A stretch of DNA of 64,000 nucleotides. Origin: an uncultured delta proteobacterium (GTDB lineage: Bacteria > Desulfobacterota > Syntrophia > Syntrophales > UBA2192). The position numbers and the translations under genes are program-made. The DNA lies in contig CAVPJD010000011.1 of the NCBI GenBank assembly GCA_963705165.1, forward strand, positions 128,001-192,000, read 5' to 3'. This document shows positions 47,464 through 57,778 of this stretch, piece after piece; the first letter of the stretch is position 1; each line of letters begins with the position of its first letter. The notes below the pieces were generated by a model. The model saw only the letters and a program-made list of their open reading frames with translations. It was not told the origin of the DNA and did no database searches.

Positions 47464-48759
47464 ATGATGACAGGAAGCACATTAACCATGCTGGATGTCG
47501 GCCGCATGAGTACGCTCTGGAAGGTGAAGATTTTGAAGCGCTTTGGCAACCGGGTCGTTGAGTCAGCCGGGAAAGTCGCACATCCCGGCTTCAGAAAAAT
47601 TGTTCTTGGGATACTGATCCTGGTGTTGGCGGCCTCCATCAGTGCCTGTAATATGCACCCGATTTCGAGGTCGCTTACACGGTACGGCTATATGGACACG
47701 ACAGGACGGGTCGTGATCCCGATGCAATTTAAGGACGCCCAACACTTTTCTGAGGGACTTGCGGCGGTGGAGGCCGATGGCAGGTGGGGCTATATCGATC
47801 GCAATGGACAGATGGTGATCCCGCCGCAATTCCACAAAGCCAAAGCCTTCAATAATGGCAGGGCACGGGTTGAAGTCACGCCCGATAGCTGGCGGTATAT
47901 TGACCGCACAGGGAAGGTTGCCATCGACATTGATTTCAAATGGAGCATCTATGCCCGTGACTTTTCCGAGGGTCTTGCTGCGATTTACATCGAGGACCCT
48001 AAACGTTTCGAGTGTCTTTCCAGCGTGCATCAAGATGTGAGGGAAAAATACAACAACAGTAATCCCTATGTCTCACCCCAGTTCTGCGGACGGTGGGGTT
48101 TCATTAACTCGGCCGGTGCTTTCTCTGTCGAGCCGCAGTTCATCGAGGCCTTCAGCTTTTCGGATGGTCTCGCCGCGGTCAGGGTTCGGAACCCGAACCT
48201 TAAGGATCAAAGCCGCTGGTTGTACGGCTTCATCAACCATAGCGGCACTGTCGTGATAGCGCCTCAATTCGAAGCGGCATTCAATTTTTCCGACGGCATT
48301 GCGCGGGTAGTCATCGAAGGCCGTAAATGGTTTATCGATAAGACCGGGAAGCGAGTGACGGAGTCGTCATTCGACGACGCCAAGGACTTCCATGAGGGGC
48401 TTGCCCCGGTCAAGATCGGGGACCGATGGGGCTATATCGACAAGACCGGGAAGATCGCGATCCCGGCTGAGCTCACGATGGCCGGCAGATTTTCAGAGGG
48501 ACTGGCCGCCGCGAGACGTTCGGGCAAACTCGGAGGGTACATCGACCGCACCGGCACCATGGTCATCAGCGAACAGTTCGGCGTGGCATGGCCCTTTTCC
48601 GACGGGCTTGCACGAGTGAAGATCGGGGACGGTAGTGGACTCTTCGACAATTGGGGGTATATCAACAAGTCCGGCAAGGTCGTCATATCCCGCACCCTCA
48701 AGGCGGGATGGCCTTTCAGCGAAGGGCTTGCACTGGTTGGAAACGGCGGACCGATCTAG
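47464..48759 (+). CDS. WG-repeat (WG_beta_rep) protein, probably exported
   Basis: Many FSEGLAAV...WGYIDxxG.VI repeats; hydrophobic stretch ending SISAC; start uncertain. Confidence 0.88.
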   Translation: MMTGSTLTMLDVGRMSTLWKVKILKRFGNRVVESAGKVAHPGFRKIVLGILILVLAASISACNMHPISRSLTRYGYMDTTGRVVIPMQFKDAQHFSEGLAAVEADGRWGYIDRNGQMVIPPQFHKAKAFNNGRARVEVTPDSWRYIDRTGKVAIDIDFKWSIYARDFSEGLAAIYIEDPKRFECLSSVHQDVREKYNNSNPYVSPQFCGRWGFINSAGAFSVEPQFIEAFSFSDGLAAVRVRNPNLKDQSRWLYGFINHSGTVVIAPQFEAAFNFSDGIARVVIEGRKWFIDKTGKRVTESSFDDAKDFHEGLAPVKIGDRWGYIDKTGKIAIPAELTMAGRFSEGLAAARRSGKLGGYIDRTGTMVISEQFGVAWPFSDGLARVKIGDGSGLFDNWGYINKSGKVVISRTLKAGWPFSEGLALVGNGGPI

Positions 48760-48784
48760 CGAAGCCCAACCTTTAAATAGTAAT

Positions 48785-48814
48785 AACCCCGCATCTCAAA
48801 AGAGAGCGGGGTTT
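48785..48814. repeat. 30-bp hairpin repeat, copy 1 of 3
   Basis: aaccccgcatctcaaaagagagcggggttt; copies at 59058-59087 and 59820-59849. Confidence 0.75.
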
Positions 48815-49075
48815 CGTATTTTTTGACGAATTGTATTTTCCGGGTCCGATCAGCGCACGGTGTCTTTGCGAGCCAAGCCTCTGACTAGCGAAGAAGTGGC
48901 TAGTGTTCAGCGGCTTGTGGCTAGTGAAGAAGAAATTCCATGTCCGGCACAAACCACAAATCACAAGTCACTTCGGCCGCGCAGTGGCAGCGGCGTGTCG
49001 ATCCTCCTTTCACTCGCTCTGATGCGGCACGGGTTTATTCCGTTCGGTTAATGATGGCCCTGCCCGGGAATTCGC

Positions 49076-49103
49076 TTGACTTCATCCTGAGCAATGCTAT
49101 GCT
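49076..49103 (+). promoter_or_regulatory. Sigma-70-type promoter
   Basis: TTGACT-N16-TATGCT with TG extended -10. Confidence 0.45.
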
Positions 49104-49383
49104 TTTTGTGCAAATTTACATCTGAGAATTCTCCTTCCCCTGTAAGGTTCTCTTCGCCAACTCTCTTCTGCTATGTGCGCAGTAGTGAAGATTGTCACCT
49201 CACCCCTAACCTCCTGAACTGCCTCTTGGATACCGTATGTTCGGGTGTCAACTCAAGATGCCCATGTGAATGGCTCCTCTGGGATCCAGGATCCCATTGA
49301 GGCCATTTCTGTCTGCTTTTCCTGAGAGTCCTTTCTTTGCATCCATCGACTATCGAACGCAAAATGAAACGGAGGAAACGACG

Positions 49384-49884
49384 ATGACGCCGAAGAAGGG
49401 GATTTCGCTTCTTGCGGGATTGATCCTGGTGCTGTTCGTATCTGCCACGGCTCTTGCTGCCGATGAGTTGTATGGAACATGGCGGCTGGTCAGTTGGAAG
49501 AGAACGGTTGTGTCAACGGGTGAAACATCGGACATGTTCGGGAAAACGCCGAAGGGCTATCTGACTTATGGCAGGGATGGCCGTGTGCTTTGCATAATGG
49601 TTCATGACAAACGGCCCAATGTTCCTGATGTGACAAAGATGACCGATCAGGAGCGAAGCGAACTCTACAAGACATTGATTGCCTGGGGTGGGACTTTCAT
49701 TTACGATGGGAAAACCGTTAAATCAAAAATAGACATTTCCTGGAATGAAAGCTGGAATGGGACCGAACAGGTGCGGACCGTCAACTTCGAGGGGAACAGG
49801 ATGATCCAGAGCGCGGAACCGGCCGTCGGAGCGCTGGATGGAAAGCTCAGGACATCTGTCTTCGTTTGGGAGAGGGTTAAATAA
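49384..49884 (+). CDS. Exported lipocalin-like domain protein
   Basis: Signal peptide, LYGTWRLVSW, PKGYLTYGRDG, AWGGTF, WNGTEQVR, VWERVK. Confidence 0.82.
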   Translation: MTPKKGISLLAGLILVLFVSATALAADELYGTWRLVSWKRTVVSTGETSDMFGKTPKGYLTYGRDGRVLCIMVHDKRPNVPDVTKMTDQERSELYKTLIAWGGTFIYDGKTVKSKIDISWNESWNGTEQVRTVNFEGNRMIQSAEPAVGALDGKLRTSVFVWERVK

Positions 49885-49979
49885 CGACCCGCCTTAAAAT
49901 TCCCTTGCACCGGAAGAGAGGATATTGTTCCGCAGATAGTGCAACTCAACCGCCCAAACTCACGACGGGAGGTGACAAG

Positions 49980-50444
49980 ATGTTGTACAAAAAAGCAGTA
50001 ATCGCTGTTGTTCTTTGTCTATTTGTGGCTGTTTCGGTCTCTGCCCAGCAGCGCGGAACCCCTGCGGAGGCAAAGAAAATGGTCGAAGATGCCATCGCAT
50101 ACATCAAGGCGAACGGCCAGGAGAAGGCTTTTGCCGAAATCAACAACCCCAAGGGAAAGTTCGTGGACCGGGATATGTACATCACGGTCATCGACATGAA
50201 CGGGGTATGCGTCGCCCGAGGGTTCGATCCGAGTTTGCTCGGCAAGAATCTCACAGATTCCAAAGACCTCGATGGAAAATTCTTCATCAAGGAACGAATC
50301 GAGGTAGCCAAAGCCAAGGGATCGGGCTGGCAGGATTACAAGTTCACCGACCCCCTGACCAAGAATAAGGAACTAAAAACGCTCTACTTCGAGAAATATG
50401 GCAATATTATCTTAGGCTGCGGGTCATACAAGCCCGGGAAATGA
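49980..50444 (+). CDS. Stand-alone periplasmic Cache-domain protein 1
   Basis: Signal peptide, GTPAEAKKMV, GKFVDRDMYI, DLDGKFFI, GSGWQDY, ILGCGSY. Confidence 0.88.
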   Translation: MLYKKAVIAVVLCLFVAVSVSAQQRGTPAEAKKMVEDAIAYIKANGQEKAFAEINNPKGKFVDRDMYITVIDMNGVCVARGFDPSLLGKNLTDSKDLDGKFFIKERIEVAKAKGSGWQDYKFTDPLTKNKELKTLYFEKYGNIILGCGSYKPGK

Positions 50445-50499
50445 GGACATCTTTCAGATTAATCGGTATCTCATTGGCTCCATGAAAGGAGGAGGCGAG

Positions 50500-50955
50500 A
50501 TGATGTTCAAGAAGGTCGCGATCGTGATTGTACTCTGCTTGTTCGTGGTTGCTCCGGTCTCTGCTCAGCAGCGTGGCACTCCTGAGGAGGCAAAAATGCT
50601 GGTCGAGAAAGCCGTAGCCTTCGTGAAAGCGAATGGCGAGGAGAAAGCGTTAAAGGAATTCAATAATCCTAAGGGCGAGTTCTTCAAGGGTGATCTGTAT
50701 ATCTTTGCCTTCGACCCCAAGGGAGTTCTGTTGGCTAACCCGAATCTACCCAAGCTCGTCGGTACAAATGTCTATAATTCGCCCGACAGCAAGGGAAAGC
50801 TCCACAGGAAGGAAATGGTTGATCTGGCCAACAGCAAGGGTTCAGGATGGGTGAAGTATTACCAACTGAATCCTATGACCAAAAAGGACGAGGCCAAAAT
50901 TAGCTACGTTCAAAAGACGGGTAATCTGATCCTCGGTTGCGGCGCCTACAATTAG
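50500..50955 (+). CDS. Stand-alone periplasmic Cache-domain protein 2
   Basis: Paralogue of the preceding gene: GTPEEAKMLV, GDLYIF, DSKGK, GSGWVKY, ILGCGAY. Confidence 0.88.
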   Translation: MMFKKVAIVIVLCLFVVAPVSAQQRGTPEEAKMLVEKAVAFVKANGEEKALKEFNNPKGEFFKGDLYIFAFDPKGVLLANPNLPKLVGTNVYNSPDSKGKLHRKEMVDLANSKGSGWVKYYQLNPMTKKDEAKISYVQKTGNLILGCGAYN

Positions 50956-51126
50956 ACAGCTTGGCATAGAGCATCTTACAATGCATTATTTTATCAAAAG
51001 CTAAAGGCATGGCCCGAAAATAGCCCTGCCTATTTATGCTTATCACAACCAGTCGTTGTTCCCTTTCAATTTCCAGGGGGAATAAGAATATCACACAAAA
51101 GAAACGATATCGGCATATCAATAACG

Positions 51127-51156
51127 AAAAGCAGGGCCGGAAATGGCCCTGCTTTT
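51127..51156. terminator. Bidirectional terminator
   Basis: aaaa gcagggcc ggaaat ggccctgc tttt. Confidence 0.75.
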
Positions 51157-51243
51157 CTGTCTATATATGCACAGGCTGCCTTCTTGATATACGGTTTTCA
51201 GGAGGCCCCTGCCCGGTTAATGATAGCCGTCCTGGTGTCCCCT

Positions 51244-51555
51244 TTAACGGTAGTACCGACCGTCATGACGATAATAAACGGGGTGACCGTTATGGTATCG
51301 CTGCCAGTGCTTCGCGTGGCCGGGGGGCACGTGCGCGTAGACCGGACGGGTGTAAACCACGGGGGCGGGCCGGTAAACAACCACGGGCGCCGGCCGGACC
51401 ACAACCGGGTGCGCATAAACGACCGGCGGAGGGAAATTGCCGATGTTCAAGTAAAAGCCCGGCTGGCCGATGCTGACGGACACGCCCACATCGGATGCGT
51501 TTGCTGCGGTTGCAGCGATAAGGGTGATCATCATGGCGATTAGAATGCGTTTCAT
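51244..51555 (-). CDS. Small exported Pro/Val/Tyr-rich protein
   Basis: Signal peptide ANA/S, DVGVSVSIGQPG, PPPVVY/PAPVV repeats, VPPGHAKHW. Confidence 0.78.
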   Translation of the reverse strand: MKRILIAMMITLIAATAANASDVGVSVSIGQPGFYLNIGNFPPPVVYAHPVVVRPAPVVVYRPAPVVYTRPVYAHVPPGHAKHWQRYHNGHPVYYRHDGRYYR

Positions 51556-51940
51556 GTTCGGTTCCTTTCCCTGGTGTTGAATCCTTCCGATTGTCCTTAA
51601 CCAACCACTGACCTTGAATCGTTCCGTACTGTTGATTGGTAAAACGAATGGCGCGGCGTTTGGTTTACAGGAGATGCAACTCAACGCCCGAAGGGTAACG
51701 GTTCGCCTTGCAAGCCTCTGCATTCTTTGATGATTTTAGAAACTACGCCAACAGAAAAAAAGCAGGATGGCTTATGAACAGGGGCGGGTGTTTGGAGGGG
51801 CAGCAGGATTTTATCGACTTGGCGGGCAGCCGGTGATTTTCAGGCTCAATTTCTGAAGGGTGCTATTAAAATTCCTCGCACCAAGGTGCCAGGAATTTAG
51901 AAACTTAAGGAAATGGGTTAGTTGTTATCATGCTCGCTTA

Positions 51941-51963
51941 CCCCGCAGCAAGCTGCGGGGAAT
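51941..51963. repeat. Palindrome CCCCGCAGCAAGCTGCGGGGAAT (related copy at 13158-13180)
   Basis: ccccgcagc aa gctgcgggg aat. Confidence 0.6.
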
Positions 51964-52042
51964 GCGCATGCAATCGTTTTCGACATTACGGGTATCTGAA
52001 CTTGTGAACAGGTATCCGGGAAAAAAGCTCCTCGACCATCCA

Positions 52043-52282
52043 TCACGCCGCTTCGCTGACCGAGAGCCAGAGGTTCTCCCAGACATCCGGAGTGATGTGG
52101 TTCACGCCGGCGTCGTCGTTCTTGCGTGAATGGACCTTATGCTCGATTTCGTAATAGCTGGTTTCCTGTGCCGAGCAGGAAACGTTTGAGGAAAGGTGCG
52201 GCGCGTCGTAGATATAATCATCTTCTTCGCACACGCCTTGATTGCACGTGCCTGCCTTTCTGACCGCATTGAAATAGCTCAT
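52043..52282 (-). CDS. Small acidic hypothetical protein (79 aa)
   Basis: AAGGAGG RBS 7 nt before ATG 52282; no recognised family. Confidence 0.5.
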   Translation of the reverse strand: MSYFNAVRKAGTCNQGVCEEDDYIYDAPHLSSNVSCSAQETSYYEIEHKVHSRKNDDAGVNHITPDVWENLWLSVSEAA

Positions 52283-52617
52283 CGGACAACCTCCTTGTCC
52301 GCGAACACGCAGGGAGATACCTGCGCAATTCGTGATCATGGTCTGGTCTCTTCAAAGAACGTTTACTTCCCCGAACTCCTTCACGCTGCCGGGAGCCGCA
52401 TGATCGATGATCCCGACTGGCTATGGCCTACTCGCATTTTCGCATTCGCGCTATCAGACCCAGTCTGAATCGCCCATAGGACATTGTCTGATGCCAAAAG
52501 CCCCTGCTTGCCGTGAATAACGTGGTCAGTTTTCAACAATGAAAATGGCAGAGCCCTGACTCAAAATGTGGTACCCTTTTCATAAAATCGCATGAAGCTC
52601 CGCAATCCCGGATAATC

Positions 52618-53601
52618 ATGAAACCCTTATCCTTAACACGTTTTGCCTGGCTATCTATTGCTGCAGCCATCCTTACAATCGGGCTCAAAACCGCTGCGTA
52701 TCTCATAACGGGTTCCGTTGGACTGCTTTCAGATGCCTTGGAGTCCGTCGTCAATCTTGTTGGCGCACTGATGGCGCTGGCAATGTTAACCATTGCCGCA
52801 CGGCCGGCCGATGAGGATCACGCGTATGGCCATTACAAAGCGGAATACTTTTCCAGCGGTGTCGAAGGAACTCTGATCCTCATCGCCGCAGCAAGTATCG
52901 GCGTTGCGGCTGTTGAACGACTCGTCAATCCAAAATCACTGGAGCAGATCGGGCTGGGATTGGGTGTTGCGGTTGCCGCATCTCTTGTAAACTTGGGGGC
53001 TGCGCTTATATTACGTCGTGCCGCAAAGCGATACCACTCAATCACCCTGGAAGCGAATGCCTATCATTTGATGACGGATGTGTGGACTTCGGTGGGTGTC
53101 GTGGCAGGGGTCATTGCCGTAGGCTTCACCGGCTGGAATCGCTTGGACCCTGCTGTCGCACTCGTTGTCGCTGCAAACATCGTCTGGACTGGAGTCCGGA
53201 TTATACGGAAGTCAGTCCTGGGCCTTATGGACACGGCTTTGCCGATCGATGAGCAAAACCTGATCCGCAATGTCCTGGAGCCGCACAAACAGGATGGGGT
53301 TGAGTACCACGCACTTCGCACGCGCCAATCAGGTTCCCGCCGGTTTGTATCCCTTCATGTCCTGGTTCCCGGGATGTGGAACGTCCAAAGGGGACATCAC
53401 TTAGTGGAGCGCATCGAGGAGGACATTCGCCGCGCACTGCCCAATGTCATCGTCTTTACCCACCTGGAATCGTTGAGCGACCCCGCTTCTTGGGATGACG
53501 GCGTCCTGAATCGCGACGAAACGCCCCGTGTCGATGCATCGGAAGCGCAGCCTCAGTCTTCGCCAAACGAGAAAACGGCTCACCGAAAAGATGAATCGTG
53601 A
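52618..53601 (+). CDS. Cation diffusion facilitator (FieF-like)
   Basis: TGSVGLLSDALES, DEDHAYGHYKAE, HLMTDVWTS, LRTRQSG, FTHLE. Confidence 0.94.
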   Translation: MKPLSLTRFAWLSIAAAILTIGLKTAAYLITGSVGLLSDALESVVNLVGALMALAMLTIAARPADEDHAYGHYKAEYFSSGVEGTLILIAAASIGVAAVERLVNPKSLEQIGLGLGVAVAASLVNLGAALILRRAAKRYHSITLEANAYHLMTDVWTSVGVVAGVIAVGFTGWNRLDPAVALVVAANIVWTGVRIIRKSVLGLMDTALPIDEQNLIRNVLEPHKQDGVEYHALRTRQSGSRRFVSLHVLVPGMWNVQRGHHLVERIEEDIRRALPNVIVFTHLESLSDPASWDDGVLNRDETPRVDASEAQPQSSPNEKTAHRKDES

Positions 53602-53743
53602 TGGCTCGCGTGTAGTAATTGACGGGCGCGTCAGTTGACGAGATGAAAATCATCTTGCATCCATCGTGTTTATTTGATTGAGGTATGCCACGGATGGATC
53701 AACCCGCGGCGTTTAAATGAACGCGGGATTTGTTCCGTAAAAC

Positions 53744-53826
53744 CTCCCTCTCCCCTGGCGGGAGAGGGTTGGGGTGAGGGGGCCTCAGTCACCCTCCCCT
53801 TCATCCCCTCCCGTCAAGGGAGGGGA
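53744..53826. repeat. REP-like doublet family B
   Basis: ccctctcccctggcgggagagggttggggtgagggg ... caccctccccttcatcccctcccgtcaagggagggg (inverted pair). Confidence 0.75.
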
Positions 53827-53892
53827 AAATCCGGATTTCAGATTTTATTGAGAGGAGGACGGACCATGGGCAGGAACAGAAAAGAAGAGAAC

Positions 53893-54873
53893 ATGAAGAG
53901 GTTCATCATGGGCCTGATCGCAGTGCTCTGCGTTGCCGGGATGGCGGGAATCGCAGTGGCCGCCTCGCAGGACAAGTACGTTCTGCCGGAGCCCTACCTG
54001 GCCTGGGAGAAGGCCTATATCAAGGAATTCCCGGAGCTTCAGGGCCTCATGGATACGATGATCGCCACGACGGTCCAGCAATTGAAGGACCCCGAGGCCG
54101 ACATCCTTCACAACCGGGTCTGCTCGGCCCTGGCTTACGAGATGGCGATAAAGCTCTCCAAAGCCGAGCGGAAGCTCGCCGTGGCAACGGACATCCTCCA
54201 CAACATCAGCAAGGAGGACAAGGCGGCCGTCCTGACGAACCCCGAGATGCTCGCGAAGGCAACCGCGATGGTCTCGAAGCTGAAAAAGGCGGGATACTTC
54301 AAGAACTCTCCCGGGTTCTGGGGCGACGAGGCCGTGCTGAAAAACCCGAAGGTCGGCGGCAACCTCGCCTTGATCCACCACATCACGGGCGCCCTCACGG
54401 CCGGAGAGATCGCGGCGAAAGCCGGCGGCTTCTCTGCGAAGGACATCGACCTGATGCAGGTGGCCGTCCTGGAGCACTCCACCGGCTACTGGTATTTCCG
54501 GGATTCCGTGGATCAGGCGGCAGGCCGCAAGGGAGCATGGACGGTCATCTACCCCGAGCCGGAAAACGAGATTGCCAAAATTGCCCACGATGCCGACCTG
54601 ATCTCCCAGTTCGTCTACGAGTCGGTGGTCCCCGAGGGAAGCAAGTGGCGGGTGCTCGCGCAGAAGCGCTGGAAGGCGAAGGACACGAAGGAGGAAGCGC
54701 AGATCGTGTATTACGTCTTCTTCCGTCTCTATGAAGAAGCCAAGACGGAGAAGGGAAAGGAACTCGCGAAGGAGCAATGGGAGAAGATCCGGCCGGAGCT
54801 CGTGAAGCTGATGGGACTGAAGCCCGGCGAGGATCCCATCAAGGTTCTCGGGGTGCCGAAAATATTCCAATAA
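53893..54873 (+). CDS. Exported protein with HD-superfamily-like metal-binding pattern
   Basis: Signal peptide; DILHN..., ILHNISKE, IHHITGA, LEHS, AHDADLI spacing resembles H..HD..H..H..D. Confidence 0.65.
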   Translation: MKRFIMGLIAVLCVAGMAGIAVAASQDKYVLPEPYLAWEKAYIKEFPELQGLMDTMIATTVQQLKDPEADILHNRVCSALAYEMAIKLSKAERKLAVATDILHNISKEDKAAVLTNPEMLAKATAMVSKLKKAGYFKNSPGFWGDEAVLKNPKVGGNLALIHHITGALTAGEIAAKAGGFSAKDIDLMQVAVLEHSTGYWYFRDSVDQAAGRKGAWTVIYPEPENEIAKIAHDADLISQFVYESVVPEGSKWRVLAQKRWKAKDTKEEAQIVYYVFFRLYEEAKTEKGKELAKEQWEKIRPELVKLMGLKPGEDPIKVLGVPKIFQ

Positions 54874-54907
54874 GAAGACAGGCAGACGGACAACAGGAAC
54901 AGGGATG

Positions 54908-54940
54908 CCCCGGTGGCTGAGCCACCGGGGCTTTTTTATT
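54908..54940. terminator. Intrinsic terminator between convergent genes
   Basis: ccccggtggc tga gccaccgggg cttttttatt. Confidence 0.8.
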
Positions 54941-54950
54941 CGGATTGCGC

Positions 54951-56627
54951 CTAGTCCCTCTTTGTCAGCTTCTTCCCGACCAGGGAGGCGATGACCACGA
55001 GGGCCGTGGAGATGAAGATCATCAGGATCCCCAGGGCGGAGAGCCTTCCCCACAGCCCGTCTTCGGCGAACCGGAGGATCTGGACGGCCAGGACCTCGGT
55101 GCCGGGCCGGGAGAGGACGACAGAGAGGCTCAGTTCCCGGACGAACATGGTCGCCATCAGGATCCACCCGGAGACGATCCCCGGGACCAGCAGGGGAAGG
55201 ACGATCCTGCGCATGGTGTAGAGCGGCCCGCCGCCGCAGACCCGCGAGGATTCCTCCAGGTTGCCGTGGATCTGGACGAAGGCGCTGGTGAGCGGCCGCA
55301 GGCCGTAGGGCAAGTAGGTGGCGATGTAGCCGATGAGCAGCGCCCAGATCGTGGAGTACAGCGGCGTCTGGACGAAGAACCACATGAAGCCGATCCCGAC
55401 GACGATCCCCGGGAAGGAGAAGGAGAGGAAGCTCAGGGACTCGAGAAAACCCGAGGCCTTCGTCCGGACCTTGACGATCACGTAGGCGACGAAGAACGAG
55501 AGGATCATCCCCAGCGTCGCACCGCCGATGCCTAGGTAGAGGCTGTTCTTCAGGGCAAGCAGGGATACGGGGTCCTTGAGGACCGCGAGCCAGTGCCTCC
55601 AGCTCATCATCGCGAAGGCCTTCGCGCTCGGCGTCATCACGTAGGGCACGAGCGACGTGTAGAACAAGACGATAACCGGCAGGACGATCAGCACGAATGA
55701 GATCAGGGCGACGAACCCGAAGAGCGGGTACCTTGCCCCCTTGAGATCGATCACACTCGGCCGGTAGCCCCTGCTGGAGACGGTCACGTACTTCTCGCCC
55801 TCCCGCGTCAGGCGCCGGTACAGGACGATGAGCGTGATGGAGGCGGCCAGGGCGCTCATCCCCACCGCCGCCGCCATCCCGTAGTCCGTGGCGTAGCCCG
55901 TGGCTACGATGCGGTAGATGTGGGTGGCCAACACATAGATCTGTCCCGGCATGCCGATGACGGAAGGAACGGCAAAGGAGGCCAGGCTCCGGACGATCAC
56001 GAGCGTCATCGCGGCAAGGATGGCAGGCCGCAGGACCGGCAGGGTCACGCGGAAGAGGGTCCGCCAGTTCGATGCCCCGCAGACCCTCGAGGATTCCTCG
56101 AGGGAGACATCGAAGGCCGCCATGGCCGGGGCGATGACCAGGTAGGCGATGGGCAGATCGAGGAGCCCCTCCACGAGGATCATCCCCTTGAGGGTATAGA
56201 TGTTGAGCGCCGCCCCCTCCCAGCCAAGGACCTGCCTCAGGAAGAGGTTGATCATGCCGTTCGACGGGTTGAGCAGGAGAACCCAGCTGACGGCAAACAG
56301 GATGTGGGGCACCATCATCGGGATGAGGGAAATGATCCCGAACATGAATTTGAAGGGGATGTTGGTCCGGGTGTTCAGGTAGGCCAGAAAAAGGGCAAGC
56401 CCCGTCGCAACGAGGGCCGAACCCAGGGTGAAGATCACCGTGCTGACGAGGATCTCCGCAAAGGCCGGGTCGGTGTAGGCCTGGACGTACTTGTCCAGGG
56501 TGAATGTGCCGAAGGCCCCCAGTTCCCCGCTGAAGCTCCCCAGGATGAGCATGACGACGGGGCAGACCGTGAGAAATCCGACAATCGCGATCAGGCCCGG
56601 CGTCAGCGCCGTTCTCGTCTTTTGCAT
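54951..56627 (-). CDS. ABC transporter permease (FbpB/iron(III)-thiamine-type, duplicated domain)
   Basis: Two EAA-like loops (LEESSRVCGA, LEESSRVCGG), about 12 TM helices. Confidence 0.92.
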   Translation of the reverse strand: MQKTRTALTPGLIAIVGFLTVCPVVMLILGSFSGELGAFGTFTLDKYVQAYTDPAFAEILVSTVIFTLGSALVATGLALFLAYLNTRTNIPFKFMFGIISLIPMMVPHILFAVSWVLLLNPSNGMINLFLRQVLGWEGAALNIYTLKGMILVEGLLDLPIAYLVIAPAMAAFDVSLEESSRVCGASNWRTLFRVTLPVLRPAILAAMTLVIVRSLASFAVPSVIGMPGQIYVLATHIYRIVATGYATDYGMAAAVGMSALAASITLIVLYRRLTREGEKYVTVSSRGYRPSVIDLKGARYPLFGFVALISFVLIVLPVIVLFYTSLVPYVMTPSAKAFAMMSWRHWLAVLKDPVSLLALKNSLYLGIGGATLGMILSFFVAYVIVKVRTKASGFLESLSFLSFSFPGIVVGIGFMWFFVQTPLYSTIWALLIGYIATYLPYGLRPLTSAFVQIHGNLEESSRVCGGGPLYTMRRIVLPLLVPGIVSGWILMATMFVRELSLSVVLSRPGTEVLAVQILRFAEDGLWGRLSALGILMIFISTALVVIASLVGKKLTKRD

Positions 56628-56641
56628 CGCACGTCAGCCGT

Positions 56642-57730
56642 TCAGTTCATGAGGATTGAGCAGTGAAGCGGGTCGAAATGCAGGGCGATCTCCTCGCCCT
56701 CCCGAACGGCGGTCGTCGGCTCGATCCGGAAGATCAGGAGGGTCTCTCCGACGCGGATCTCCCCCTCGTAGGCGTCGCCGACGAAAACCAGGGATTCGAC
56801 CTTCCCCCGGAAGATGTTTTCCCCGTCCTTGCGGCTTTCCTTCAACACACGGATGAATTCGGGACGGATGCACACGGTGACCGCCGTTCCCGGCGTCGCC
56901 CCGATCTTCTTTGCGCAGGCGATGGGGCCGATGGCGGAATCGATCCTCGTTCCGGACTCCCCGACCGCTGCGACCTTGCCCGCGATGAAGTTCGCATGGC
57001 CGATGAAATCCGCCACGAACTGCCGATCGGAATCGAAGTAGATCTCCCGCGGTGTTCCCATCTCGACGATCCGGCCGTTTCTCATGATCGCGATGGTGTC
57101 GGAGAGCGCCAGGGCTTCGATCTGATCGTGGGTCACGTAGACGGCGGTGATCTTGAGCTCCGTGAGAAAACGCCGCAATTCCTTGCGTGTCTCCTCCCGG
57201 AGCTTGGCGTCGAGGTTGCTCAGGGGTTCGTCGAAGAGGATCACCTTCGGTTCGGCCACCAGGGCCCGGGCCAGGGCAACACGCTGCTGCTGGCCACCGC
57301 TGAGCTTCGTTGCCGGTCGTTTCTCGAAGCCGTCGAGCTGAACGAAATGGAGCGCCTTTGCGACCTTCCGGACGGTCTCTTCCCTGGATTCGTTGCGGGC
57401 CTGGAGGGGATAGGCCACGTTGTCGAAGACGTTCATGTGGGGCCAGATGGCGTAGGTCTGGAACACCATGCCCAGCCCCCGCTTGTCAGGCGGGACGAAA
57501 ATTCCCCGCTGAGCCGAGAAGACGACCTCGTCACCGATGGCGATTTCTCCCTCGTCGGGCGACTCCAGGCCGACGATGCAGCGCAGCAGTGTCGTCTTGC
57601 CGCAGCCGCTCGGCCCCAGGAGTGTGAAGATCCGGTTGGACGGAATGGTGAGATCGACGTCGGCCAGCGCCTCGATCCTCTTGCCGTCCGAATAGTAGTT
57701 CTTGCTGACATTCCTGACGCGGATTTCCAT
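56642..57730 (-). CDS. ABC transporter ATP-binding protein (FbpC/PotA-type with TOBE)
   Basis: [43 protein letters not shown]. Confidence 0.95.
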   Translation of the reverse strand: MEIRVRNVSKNYYSDGKRIEALADVDLTIPSNRIFTLLGPSGCGKTTLLRCIVGLESPDEGEIAIGDEVVFSAQRGIFVPPDKRGLGMVFQTYAIWPHMNVFDNVAYPLQARNESREETVRKVAKALHFVQLDGFEKRPATKLSGGQQQRVALARALVAEPKVILFDEPLSNLDAKLREETRKELRRFLTELKITAVYVTHDQIEALALSDTIAIMRNGRIVEMGTPREIYFDSDRQFVADFIGHANFIAGKVAAVGESGTRIDSAIGPIACAKKIGATPGTAVTVCIRPEFIRVLKESRKDGENIFRGKVESLVFVGDAYEGEIRVGETLLIFRIEPTTAVREGEEIALHFDPLHCSILMN

Positions 57731-57778
57731 GATCCTGCCTTCGCTAGGCCTCCCCTGTTCTCAATGGGTCCTCTATAA

